Both the position numbers and the translations under genes were made by a program. Shown here piece by piece: positions 10,418 to 19,371 of a stretch of 64,000 nucleotides of DNA; the stretch's first letter is position 1, and each line of letters starts with the position of its first letter. The notes under the pieces were generated by a model that was not told where the DNA came from, ran no database searches, and saw only the letters and a program-made list of their open reading frames with translations. Source of the stretch: Thermodesulfobacteriota bacterium (GTDB lineage Bacteria; Desulfobacterota; Desulfobacteria; Desulfobacterales; C00003060); NCBI GenBank assembly GCA_034189385.1, contig JAXHVD010000003.1, forward strand, positions 142,104 to 206,103, read 5' to 3'.

Positions 10418-10647
10418 GGCCTCTCAATTCAGATCAAAATGGATGTGGATGAGAAGGATGATCTCCTCATCTGTTTGAGTGAAAATGATTAGGTTATCCA
10501 TTTATGACCTTTCTGTCAAGATAACCTGGCCCAAAACACACCTTAGCCTAGACGATTTTCACCCTCATTGAACCAAAGAGGGCATTTCCTACCTGAAATC
10601 TCTTGGAGCTGTCACCAAAAGACCTTCCCTAACCCGTTTGATGCCTA

Positions 10648-10700
10648 TCCTTTTGACACCCCCCAGTCCTTTTGACATCCTTTTGATAATCAGCCATAAT
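10648..10700 (+). promoter_or_regulatory. three TCCTTTTGA(C/T)A direct repeats overlapping a sigma70-like promoter (TTGACA-N17-CATAAT)
   Basis: Repeat units lie at 10648-58, 10667-77 and 10678-88. TTGACA is at 10672-77 and CATAAT at 10695-10700, with an exact 17-nt spacer. The next + strand gene is ubiB at 10937. Confidence 0.4.
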
Positions 10701-10936
10701 AGACTATAAAGACTAACCATTTGGAATTGAAATAACTGTTTTCAGCCATATCACAGATGGCACTGGCACAGGAGCCTTCACAAGCACCACGACAGGACTG
10801 AAGCCCACCGCCACCTACGATGGGAGGGCCTATCTCACGGATTAGGATTTACGGGGTCAAGGGGCCAAGGATGCGAGTGAGAAGGACGATCACTGGATGC
10901 TGGATACTCCAGGCCATAGGAGGTTGCGAATAACGG

Positions 10937-12634
10937 ATGTTGAGTATTAGAAAGATAGGCGTCATACGCCGCGGCTATCGCCACCTCAACCGCTACCGCC
11001 AGATCGTTTCCGTATTGATCAAATACGGCTTTGACGATCTCATAGATACGCTGAATATCGAGCAGTACTTTGAGATGGGCCTGGGGATGATTTCCCGCAA
11101 AGAACGCCCCCCTGTGGAGCGCTTCACCCGGGCCGAGCGGGTCCGTATGGCCCTGGAAGAACTGGGCCCCACCTTTGTCAAACTGGGCCAAATCCTTGCC
11201 ACGCGCCCCGACCTGGTCTCAGCAGAGTTTGTCCGGGAATTCGAAAAGCTCCAGGACCATGTCCCACCCTTTGCGTATGAAGAGGTAAGACAGATCATTG
11301 AAAAAGAGCTTGGCCAGGATGTGGAGGGCCTGTTTGAGTCCTTTGACGAAGAGCCTCTGGCCGCCGCCTCCATAGGACAAGTCCATGGCGCACGCCTCAA
11401 TGACGGTGAGGCAGTGGTGGTCAAGATCCAGCGGCCCGGCATCCGTAAGGTCGTTGAAGTGGATCTGGAAATCATGCTCCATTTGGCCTCCCTCATGGAG
11501 CGGCACCTTGAAGAAGTAGAAATGCACCGCCCCACGAGAATCGTGGCGGAATTTGCCCGCTCCATTGAAAAGGAGATCGACTACACCGTAGAGGCCTCCC
11601 ACATGGAGCGCTTTGCCGCCCAGTTTCAGGGCGACATGACCATCTACGTGCCAAAAGTCTTTCGAGAATGGAGCACGGAGCGGGTCCTTACCGTAGAATA
11701 CATTGACGGGATCAAGGCCTCTGAAGTCGATCGCATAGACGAGGAAGGGTTGGACCGTAAGACTATTACGGCCAGGGGCGCGGACCTGATCCTTAAACAG
11801 ATCTTTGAGCACGGCTTTTTCCATGCAGACCCGCACCCCGGAAACATCTATGTGCTCCCGGACAATATGATCTGCTACCTGGACTGCGGTATGATGGGAC
11901 GCATCGACCGGCAGACCAGGGAAGACGCTGCCGAACTCATACACGCCCTTTCCCGGGGAGATGAATCCAAGACCATCCAGGCCCTCCTCAAACTGGTGGA
12001 CTATGATGAGCAGCCGGATCTGCGCACCCTGGAAAGGGATGTGGCCGATTTTGCCGGACATCACCTGTACAAGCCTTTAAGGGACATAGACATAGGAAAG
12101 CTCTTCCAAGATCTCCTGGAGCTGCTCTCCCAGCACCGCCTGGCCATTCCGCAGGTCCTTTTCCTCATGCTCAAGGCGCTCACGACATGGGAGGGCGTTG
12201 GCCGATCTCTGGACCCTGATTTTCACATCATGGAAAGGGCGGCACCCTTTATCAGGCGGGTGAGAACAGAGAGAATGCACCCTGAGCGGATTGCAGGAGA
12301 CGTCTTTGATACCAGCATGGAGCTGTTGCGCCTGGCCCAAGAGATGCCAGGTGAGTTGCGTGAGCTTCTGCTCCGCCTTAAACAGGGCAAGCTGAAGGTA
12401 GAACTGGAACACCAGGGCCTGGAGGGGATGCTTGCAAGGCAGGATCAGGCCCGCAACCGTGTGGCCTTTTCCATCGTCATTGCTGCCCTTATCATCGGCT
12501 CGGCCCTCATCGTTCTCTCAAGGACCCCGCCCCTTGTCTTCGGCATCTCCGTCATTGGCATCATCGGCTTTGCGGCAGCCGCCTTCTTGGGGGCGTGGCT
12601 TTTTCTAGCGATCATGAGAAAAGGACGGCTTTAG
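10937..12634 (+). CDS. ubiB: UbiB/ABC1-family atypical kinase
   Basis: Contains ELGPTFVKLGQILATRPDLV, AASIGQVHGA and HADPHPGNI, with C-terminal TM helices. Confidence 0.9.
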   Translation: MLSIRKIGVIRRGYRHLNRYRQIVSVLIKYGFDDLIDTLNIEQYFEMGLGMISRKERPPVERFTRAERVRMALEELGPTFVKLGQILATRPDLVSAEFVREFEKLQDHVPPFAYEEVRQIIEKELGQDVEGLFESFDEEPLAAASIGQVHGARLNDGEAVVVKIQRPGIRKVVEVDLEIMLHLASLMERHLEEVEMHRPTRIVAEFARSIEKEIDYTVEASHMERFAAQFQGDMTIYVPKVFREWSTERVLTVEYIDGIKASEVDRIDEEGLDRKTITARGADLILKQIFEHGFFHADPHPGNIYVLPDNMICYLDCGMMGRIDRQTREDAAELIHALSRGDESKTIQALLKLVDYDEQPDLRTLERDVADFAGHHLYKPLRDIDIGKLFQDLLELLSQHRLAIPQVLFLMLKALTTWEGVGRSLDPDFHIMERAAPFIRRVRTERMHPERIAGDVFDTSMELLRLAQEMPGELRELLLRLKQGKLKVELEHQGLEGMLARQDQARNRVAFSIVIAALIIGSALIVLSRTPPLVFGISVIGIIGFAAAAFLGAWLFLAIMRKGRL

Positions 12635-12737
12635 GGAAAATATCTGCCCCGCCGGTCAAAGACCCTAGTTGTCGATTGACCTTTGGACCTCTAGGCCTTA
12701 TCTTCCGCAAGTCGACATTCTGTCCCTGGAGGTCCTG

Positions 12738-15224
12738 ATGAACGCATTTGTTCCCCGCAACTACACACTCTCTATCACGCCTGATCTGGCCCATTTCCGG
12801 TTTTCCGGCAGGGTTGAGATATCCGGTGAAGCAACAGCACTGATCGACGAAATCACCCTTCACGCCTTGGAGCTGGATATAATGGCTTGCAAGGCCTGGA
12901 TTGACGGCCGCCTGGTGGACTGCCCGGTCACCCCGCAACCGGAAGACGAGCAGATACGGATCCGTTTGCCGCAGAAGATCACCGGACACATGCGGCTGGA
13001 AATCAGATACGGGGGCGTGATCAACGATCACATGGCCGGGTTTTACCGCAGTCGCTATCAGGTGGCCGGAGAGACCCGTCACGTGGCCGTTACCCAGTTT
13101 CAGGAAAGCGATGCCCGCCGGGCCTTTCCGTGCCAGGATCACCCGGCGAAAAAGGCCACTTTCAATATTGAATTGATCGTGGACGACCACCTTTGTGCAT
13201 TCTCCAACACCACGGAAGAGGAGGTGGTTTCCCTGGGCGACGGAAAAAAGCGGGTCCGCTTCCGGCAGACGCCGCTTATGTCCACGTACCTGCTCTTTTT
13301 TGGGGTCGGCGCATTTGAAACGGTTCGCAGCCCTTCCGATGCTCGGGTGCGGGCGGTCACCATCCCGGGGATGGTCTCTTATGCCGACTACGGCCTGGCC
13401 TTTGGCGCTAATGCGCTTCGATTCTGTGAGGAGTACTTCCGGATTCCCTTCCCTTTGTCCAAGATGGACTTGATCGCTATTCCGGATTTCGCCTTCGGCG
13501 CCATGGAGAATTGGGGGGCCATCACCTTTCGGGAAAACCTGTTGCTCCACGACCCGGACATGACCTCCAGAGCAGGGGAAGAGCGGATCTGCGAAGTGAT
13601 CGCCCACGAGATCGTTCATCAGTGGTTCGGCAACCTGGTAACGCCCTGTGATTGGAAATATCTCTGGCTAAATGAGAGCTTTGCCACCTTTTTCGGCTAC
13701 GGCGTCGTGGATCACTATCATCCAGAGTGGGGAATCTGGGACCAGTTCCTAGGGGGGCAAACCGATACAGCCCTGGCAAGAGATGGCATCCACGAGACCT
13801 TTGCCATCGAGATCCCCGGCAGAGATCATGTGGCCATCAACTCCAGCACCGCCCCCATCATCTACAGCAAAGGGGGGAGCATCCTTCGGCAGGTCAAGGG
13901 CTTCATCGGTGATGAGAGTTTCAGGGATGGACTCCATCACTATCTGAGCCAGCACGCATACAGCAACGCCGCCAGCCATCATCTGTGGGAAGCCCTTGAG
14001 AGGGTTTCTGAAAGGCCCGTTGCGCGCATGATGAAGAGCTGGGTCGAACAGCCCGGATATCCGGTCATCCGGGCACAAAGAGAAGGGCGGCGTCTCTTTC
14101 TGCAACAGGAGCGCTTTACCTATCTGCCGGGTGGGTTCGAGCAGGTGTGGGACGTTCCCGTCAACATTGAACTCTTTGGTCCTGACAGCGAGTCCAGGCT
14201 TGTGAGCACCCTGTTAACGGAATCACAGGGCGAAGTGGCCTTGCCTCAAGAGCCAGTGGCCTACAAGGTCAATGCCGGCCAAACCGGATTTTACCGCTGC
14301 TGGTATTCAAATCGAAGTGATTTGGAGGCCCTGGGAAACCTCATCTGCAAAAAACGCCTGCCGCCGGAAGATCGCTGGGGAGTGGAAAACGACTTCTTTG
14401 CCATGGTTCGCCGGGGCGAGCAGACCGTATTTGACTACATCGACTTCATGAAGCACTTTGAAAATGAGACAGACTATCTGCCCTTGGTCAGCATAGCAGA
14501 CAACCTTTTCAGCGCCTACATGGTAGTAAAAGAGAACCAGCGCGACGCTATCGCTGCAGCAGGCCGGAGACTGTTTGACCGTGCACTGGCACAGATCGGT
14601 CTCGAGCCGCAGCCCGCTGAAAGATTTACTACATCACTCATGCGGGATCATGTTTTGCTACACGCCGTATTCTACGGATCAGAAGAAGCCCTTGCGTTTG
14701 GCCGCAACTGTTTCAAGACCCTGGCTTCCGGGGGAAGCGTTCATCCAGACATCATGAAAAGTGTCATGCAGATCGGTGCCTGGACGGAAAACGAGGCGGC
14801 CCTCCACTGGCTGCAGAACCGCTTTCGGTCCTCTGCCAGCGAGCATGAAAGGATGAACATCCTCGCCGCGCTGGCATGCTGCAATGGGCCGAAGCTGGTA
14901 GACCAGGCCCTGGCCTTTGTGCTGGCAGAGGTTCCAGATCGCAACAGATTCCTCCCGATCGTGGCAGCCTGTGCCAACCCTCAAGCCGTAGAACATATGT
15001 GGCCTTGGTATTGTGACCACGTGCAGCAGTTGGAGCAGTTCCATCCGCTACTCTATGAACGGGTGATGGCGGCGGTCATCCCAACGGCTGGCATCTTTGC
15101 ACCAGATGAGGTCCGGGGATTTTTTCAAGACTACATGGATCAGAGACCTCGAAGCCGTGACGCGATACTCCTGGCCCTGGAAAAGCTGGAGATCAACCTA
15201 AGGTTCAAAGAGCGCAATGGCTGA
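12738..15224 (+). CDS. pepN: M1-family aminopeptidase N
   Basis: GAMEN motif (FGAMENWG) plus HEIVHQWFGNLV...WLNESFA (HEXXH-E). The start is taken at ATG 12738. Confidence 0.9.
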   Translation: MNAFVPRNYTLSITPDLAHFRFSGRVEISGEATALIDEITLHALELDIMACKAWIDGRLVDCPVTPQPEDEQIRIRLPQKITGHMRLEIRYGGVINDHMAGFYRSRYQVAGETRHVAVTQFQESDARRAFPCQDHPAKKATFNIELIVDDHLCAFSNTTEEEVVSLGDGKKRVRFRQTPLMSTYLLFFGVGAFETVRSPSDARVRAVTIPGMVSYADYGLAFGANALRFCEEYFRIPFPLSKMDLIAIPDFAFGAMENWGAITFRENLLLHDPDMTSRAGEERICEVIAHEIVHQWFGNLVTPCDWKYLWLNESFATFFGYGVVDHYHPEWGIWDQFLGGQTDTALARDGIHETFAIEIPGRDHVAINSSTAPIIYSKGGSILRQVKGFIGDESFRDGLHHYLSQHAYSNAASHHLWEALERVSERPVARMMKSWVEQPGYPVIRAQREGRRLFLQQERFTYLPGGFEQVWDVPVNIELFGPDSESRLVSTLLTESQGEVALPQEPVAYKVNAGQTGFYRCWYSNRSDLEALGNLICKKRLPPEDRWGVENDFFAMVRRGEQTVFDYIDFMKHFENETDYLPLVSIADNLFSAYMVVKENQRDAIAAAGRRLFDRALAQIGLEPQPAERFTTSLMRDHVLLHAVFYGSEEALAFGRNCFKTLASGGSVHPDIMKSVMQIGAWTENEAALHWLQNRFRSSASEHERMNILAALACCNGPKLVDQALAFVLAEVPDRNRFLPIVAACANPQAVEHMWPWYCDHVQQLEQFHPLLYERVMAAVIPTAGIFAPDEVRGFFQDYMDQRPRSRDAILLALEKLEINLRFKERNG

Positions 15225-15254
15225 GAAAGAATAAAACGCCTGCAATGAGAGGGC

Positions 15255-16349
15255 TTGCCGGTTCTGGGGTACCTTCTCTGGTGCGCCCTGGGTAAGAAGG
15301 CAGTGACACCCCTTAGAGACATTCACATCCCTTCATGGTGGAAACACGCGGCAGAGAGAATTCTGAAAAAGCGCTGGCGGAAGATTCTCGTCGTAGGAGC
15401 ATCGAATCGCGGCAAGAGCACGTACTGCCTGTTTCTGTGCCGCACGCTGTGTGAAGCGGGCTTCCCGGTGGCCTTCGTGGATGCCGATGTGGGCCAGAAG
15501 AACGTGGGGCCTCCCGCCACCATTTCCCTTGCCGTCCTCGAAGGGAAGAGGGATCTCTCAACGTGGCAGCCTGAAAGGCTTTATTTCGTGGGCAATACAA
15601 GTCCTGTGGGACGGATGCTTCCCATGATCGTGGGGACGAGAAAGATGGTCGATGCGGCAGACACACCCTTCGTGGTGGTAGATACCACCGGCCTTGTCCA
15701 TGGCCCAGGAAGGATTCTCAAGGCATACCAAATCGATTCAATCCAGCCGGATGCCGTTGTTTGCATTGAGCACCACCAGGAGCTTGAACCTCTCGTAAGA
15801 TCCCATCCCACAGTGAACATCATCAGGATTGGGGCATCCCGCCACGCCGTCTTGAAATCCCGTCAGGAGCGCGCGGCCGCGCGGGAACGGTCTTTCAGGG
15901 CCTATTTCAAGAGTGCAGGGGACGTGAACCTGAAGATACCCGATGTCGTGTTTCAGCCCTTTTCCATCCTTGATGCGATCCAGATGACGGTCGATGGATC
16001 CCCATATGCTGAGGAATATCCAGACGGCATCATCGGTGTTTCAAAAAACAGGAAAGAGCTCTACCAATCCGACATGACGGGTCTACGGCCAGGTCTTGAG
16101 CAGAACCTCCTTTGCGGCGTTCTGGACGGCCGAGGCCATGTAAAGGGGCTGGCGCTTCTTAACAAAATGGATCTCAGTCACCAGACGGTCTCCCTTTGCA
16201 CTCCGGTGCCGGCAGGCAAGATCAAGGTGCTTCAGCAGGGAGATCTTTATCTCAACAGGGACGGAAAAGAGCTGGGATATGTAGCCCACCATCGGCCCCT
16301 GTCTTCTTCCTCACAAATACCGCCTCAGGACTCCTCTTCACCCCGTTGA
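15255..16349 (+). CDS. Clp1/Grc3-like P-loop polynucleotide 5'-hydroxyl kinase homologue
   Basis: Contains ILVVGASNRGKSTYCLFL (Walker A), FVDADVGQKNVGPPATISL and VVVDTTGLVHG, the pattern of the CLP1 P-loop domain as I remember it. The TTG start is uncertain. Confidence 0.65.
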   Translation: MPVLGYLLWCALGKKAVTPLRDIHIPSWWKHAAERILKKRWRKILVVGASNRGKSTYCLFLCRTLCEAGFPVAFVDADVGQKNVGPPATISLAVLEGKRDLSTWQPERLYFVGNTSPVGRMLPMIVGTRKMVDAADTPFVVVDTTGLVHGPGRILKAYQIDSIQPDAVVCIEHHQELEPLVRSHPTVNIIRIGASRHAVLKSRQERAAARERSFRAYFKSAGDVNLKIPDVVFQPFSILDAIQMTVDGSPYAEEYPDGIIGVSKNRKELYQSDMTGLRPGLEQNLLCGVLDGRGHVKGLALLNKMDLSHQTVSLCTPVPAGKIKVLQQGDLYLNRDGKELGYVAHHRPLSSSSQIPPQDSSSPR

Positions 16350-16429
16350 CCATGACAGACAAACGACTCGGTATTCATTACCCAAGGCGCTCTCTGCATC
16401 CACACCACGGGTAGGGTACAACACTTCTT

Positions 16430-16470
16430 ATTACTGTATTTCGGCACGAAAAATACAGTCTTCACCCCAT
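16430..16470 (+). promoter_or_regulatory. site A of the 41-bp bipartite motif
   Basis: ATTACT-gtatttcggcacgaa-AAATACAG-tcttc-ACCCCAT. See findings for the other four copies. Confidence 0.55.
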
Positions 16471-16626
16471 TTACATCTGACCCCACAAACCATAATTTTC
16501 AACCTGTACGGTGGTTCACAAAGATAGAAGGGAGGGATGGAAGTACCTGAGTTGGGCATCAACAAGAGGCTTTGATGAAGGTGAATGGACGAGACAAGCA
16601 GTCAACAAACAGAGGAGAAGGGAAAA

Positions 16627-16938
16627 ATGGACGTAAAAGACTATTGTGGTTCTATGAGCACGGAACTGATGGCTTGGAAGGCGAAAATGTACGACATCAC
16701 GCGCAGACTGGACAAATTGGGAAGCGCGGATAAAGAAAAGGTGCTTTCGCAAGTGGAGGACATGCATATCCTTGTGACGGAAATGGGTGACAGAATCGAT
16801 AAGCTCAACCGGGAATGCCCTTCCGAATGGAGCCCGGACAAGAATGCCATCGATAATGCCCATACAGACATGCGTGCCAAATACGAGAGCACCATGGAGT
16901 TCATCGGAAAGGCTGCTCCCGTATCAGTCCCCGGCTAA
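16627..16938 (+). CDS. hypothetical helical protein (about 103 aa)
   Basis: ATG 16627 follows GAGGAGAAGGG. The sequence is MDVKDYCGSMSTELMAWKAKMYDITRRLDKLG...; I recognise no family. The track ORF starts at 16585. Confidence 0.6.
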   Translation: MDVKDYCGSMSTELMAWKAKMYDITRRLDKLGSADKEKVLSQVEDMHILVTEMGDRIDKLNRECPSEWSPDKNAIDNAHTDMRAKYESTMEFIGKAAPVSVPG

Positions 16939-16990
16939 AAGAAGGGTCCTGAAAGGGGCGGACAGAGAGACAAAGGAGGGAGATGCATAC

Positions 16991-17053
16991 ATGAAGATCA
17001 AGAAGATAAGAAAGACTGCCAAAGGTCTGTGCAAGTGCAAGCGTTCCTGCTAG
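16991..17053 (+). CDS. candidate 20-aa basic Cys-rich micro-ORF (MKIKKIRKTAKGLCKCKRSC)
   Basis: AAAGGAGGG lies 10 nt upstream of the ATG. The ORF sits between the 103-aa gene and the terminator at 17152. Confidence 0.3.
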   Translation: MKIKKIRKTAKGLCKCKRSC

Positions 17054-17054
17054 C

Positions 17055-17108
17055 ATGTGTGGCTGTTGCCATAATACCTGTAAGTGCCTGAGATCGACAA
17101 TTCATTAG
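17055..17108 (+). CDS. candidate 17-aa Cys-rich micro-ORF (MCGCCHNTCKCLRSTIH)
   Basis: The ATG lies 1 nt after the TAG of the preceding micro-ORF. Five of the 17 codons are Cys. Confidence 0.25.
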   Translation: MCGCCHNTCKCLRSTIH

Positions 17109-17151
17109 AAGACGAGGTGGAAAGATTCTCGGGCCTCGACAAATGAACAGG

Positions 17152-17179
17152 GCGGAGTCCACAGGACTCCGCTTTTTTT
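17152..17179 (+). terminator. rho-independent terminator
   Basis: GCGGAGTCC-aca-GGACTCCGC forms a perfect 9-bp stem followed by TTTTTTT. Confidence 0.8.
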
Positions 17180-17328
17180 GTCCAATGCAACGACAGAGAA
17201 GGACTGACACCGTCTCGCTAACACGTCTATGTATCCCCTTTTCCGTTTCTGAAGGATAGGGCTTAAACCTGAGACCCATTAGCTGTCTAGACGTTGGGAC
17301 ATACCCACACAGACCGAAGAGGTGGACC

Positions 17329-17736
17329 ATGACCTTGTCCTTTTACCTGAAGTTGTATGTGCTCACGATACCGGTCTTCTTTGCCATCGACATCCTATGG
17401 CTCGGCATAGCAGCCAAAGACTTCTACCAAAAACACCTGGGTTCCCTTTTTCGCCCCAAGGTGGACTGGACCGCCGCCATTGTTTTCTATCTTATCTTTA
17501 TCGTTGGCATTCTGTTCTTCGCTGTTGTGCCGGCATTGGAAAGAGGCGCCTGGACGAGAGCGGTCATCTGGGGGGGGCTCTTTGGTTTCTTTACCTACGC
17601 GACCTATGACCTGACAAACCTTGCCACCTTAAAAGACTGGCCCGTGAAGGTGGTCGTGGTGGACATGATCTGGGGCATCTTCCTCTGCAGTACTGTTTCG
17701 GCCATCAGCTTTCACATCGGCAAATGGCTCGGTTGA
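17329..17736 (+). CDS. DUF2177-family membrane protein
   Basis: 135 aa with 4 TM helices: MTLSFYLKLYVLTIPVFFAIDILWLGIAAKDFY...TYATYDLTNLATLKDWP. Confidence 0.75.
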   Translation: MTLSFYLKLYVLTIPVFFAIDILWLGIAAKDFYQKHLGSLFRPKVDWTAAIVFYLIFIVGILFFAVVPALERGAWTRAVIWGGLFGFFTYATYDLTNLATLKDWPVKVVVVDMIWGIFLCSTVSAISFHIGKWLG

Positions 17737-17835
17737 CGACCCCTGTCTTTGGGGCAAGACGCATCCAGCCCTGCAGATGGTTGTGTGCCTATTCTTTATG
17801 CTTGGGCTATGGATCGTACCCGCTCCTCATGACAC

Positions 17836-19371
17836 ATGGAGAGGATTGTCCAAGGGGCAGACGTCACAGCGGCCATGTTTGCCCTCGGGCTGGGTCAACA
17901 CCGCATCAATAATAACCTTGACTCTCCTACTGGGGAATGGATGACGGCCCATTTGCAACAACGCGAAGCAAATCCCCAAGCCCTCGAACAGCCTGTTTCA
18001 TGGCCCAAAAGGCTGGCTTACGCTGCGCCAGCGTTCGCGCTGGCCGTCGTGGGCATTCCTGTTTACGTCTACATGCCCAAATTCTACATCGATGTAGTGG
18101 GCGTGCACATCACCGTTTTGGGTTATTTGGTCCTGGGCATGCGGGTTTTTGACGCTTTAACGGATCCCGCCATTGGCTTTCTATCGGACCGCACGAAGAC
18201 ACCCTTTGGCAGACGACGCCCCTTTATGGCCTTGGGATCCATCGCCTTGGCCGGGGCCATCTATCTGCTTTTCAACCCTCCCCACGGCTCCCCAACCTTT
18301 GAAACCGTGTGGTTCGGGATTCTCATGTTCGCCCTCTTTCTTTTCTGGACACTAGTGGTGGTCCCCTATGAATCCCTCGGCCCAGAGATCACCTTTGACT
18401 ATCACGAAAGGACAACGCTCTTTAGTCTCAGAGACGGGGCCCTCATTGCTGGCACCCTGGTGGCTGCAAGCTCCCCGGCAGGCATCACCTATCTCTTTGA
18501 TCTGCCAGGTGATGCCGCAGGAGAAAGGGCCAAGTTCTTCTGGATATCCCTTTGTTATGTGCCCCTTGTCATAGGGCTCTGCTGGTGGTGCGTTGTGGCC
18601 ACTCAGGAGATGGAACAAGGGATTCCGAGCCCGTCGTTTCGCCTTGAAAAAGGCATGAAAACCATGGCTCGAAACCGTCCCTTCGTGATCCTCTTGGTAT
18701 CTTACACGGTGAGTGCCTTTGGGAACAACCTGCCGGCCACCTTGATTCTCTTCTACGTGGAATATGTCCTCCAATCACAACAGGCCGATCTGTTTCTGCT
18801 TCTGTACTTTGTTGTTGGAATCCTGTTCCTTCCAGGGTGGATTCAGGTGTCTCACAAAATGGGCAAGAAGAGGGCCTGGATCCTCTCCATGGCCCTCAAT
18901 ACCGGGGCCTTTGTAGGGGTTTTCTTCCTGGGTCCCGGGGACGCTCACCTCTACGGTGTATTGGTGTGCCTCTCCGGTATTGGCTTTGGTGCGACCCTGG
19001 CGCTGCCGTCGGCCATGCAAGCAGACGTGATTGATTACGACGAACTGCTTTCCGGAAAAAGACGCGAGGGCCAGTATGTGGGATTCTGGTCTGTTTCCAA
19101 GAAGCTGGCCGCAGCGCTTGGCGTGGGCGCCGCTCTCGCCATCTTGGGCACGATGGGATATGAACCGGGAACGGAGCAATCGCCCAAAGTGATGCTGTCC
19201 CTTCGGGTACTGTATGCCTTGGTCCCCTCCCTGTGCAATCTGGCAGCCTTGCTCATTGCCTTGGCCTATCCTATCGATTTGCTTGCTCACGAAAAGATCA
19301 AACAGGCGATCGCCGAGAGAAAGTCGGGCCGTCCGGTGATCGATCCTATCAGGGAGAAACAATTGCCATGA
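17836..19371 (+). CDS. MFS transporter, GPH (MelB/YihO-like) family
   Basis: 12-TM profile with FDALTDPAIGFLSDRTKTPFGRRRPF. The start may instead be ATG 17941. Confidence 0.8.
   Translation: MERIVQGADVTAAMFALGLGQHRINNNLDSPTGEWMTAHLQQREANPQALEQPVSWPKRLAYAAPAFALAVVGIPVYVYMPKFYIDVVGVHITVLGYLVLGMRVFDALTDPAIGFLSDRTKTPFGRRRPFMALGSIALAGAIYLLFNPPHGSPTFETVWFGILMFALFLFWTLVVVPYESLGPEITFDYHERTTLFSLRDGALIAGTLVAASSPAGITYLFDLPGDAAGERAKFFWISLCYVPLVIGLCWWCVVATQEMEQGIPSPSFRLEKGMKTMARNRPFVILLVSYTVSAFGNNLPATLILFYVEYVLQSQQADLFLLLYFVVGILFLPGWIQVSHKMGKKRAWILSMALNTGAFVGVFFLGPGDAHLYGVLVCLSGIGFGATLALPSAMQADVIDYDELLSGKRREGQYVGFWSVSKKLAAALGVGAALAILGTMGYEPGTEQSPKVMLSLRVLYALVPSLCNLAALLIALAYPIDLLAHEKIKQAIAERKSGRPVIDPIREKQLP

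Noticed and set aside
8927-10492. A 521-aa + strand ORF, and other long ORFs such as 12612..13619(-), 11219..12064(-), 1635..2165(-), 51067..51810(+) and 59861..60673(-).
   Set aside because: All lie antisense to, or out of frame with, genes carrying unmistakable conserved motifs (asd/leuB, pepN, ubiB, archease, radical SAM, OYE). Their translations are low-complexity and Arg/Pro/Gly-rich, typical of shadow ORFs in GC-rich DNA.
16431-16459. LexA/SOS-box-like palindrome TACTGTATTT...AAATACAGT in motif site A.
   Set aside because: The spacing between CTGT and ACAG is 17 nt, not 8. The palindrome is not preserved in the other four motif copies; only the direct ATAC boxes are. A LexA-box interpretation is therefore unlikely.
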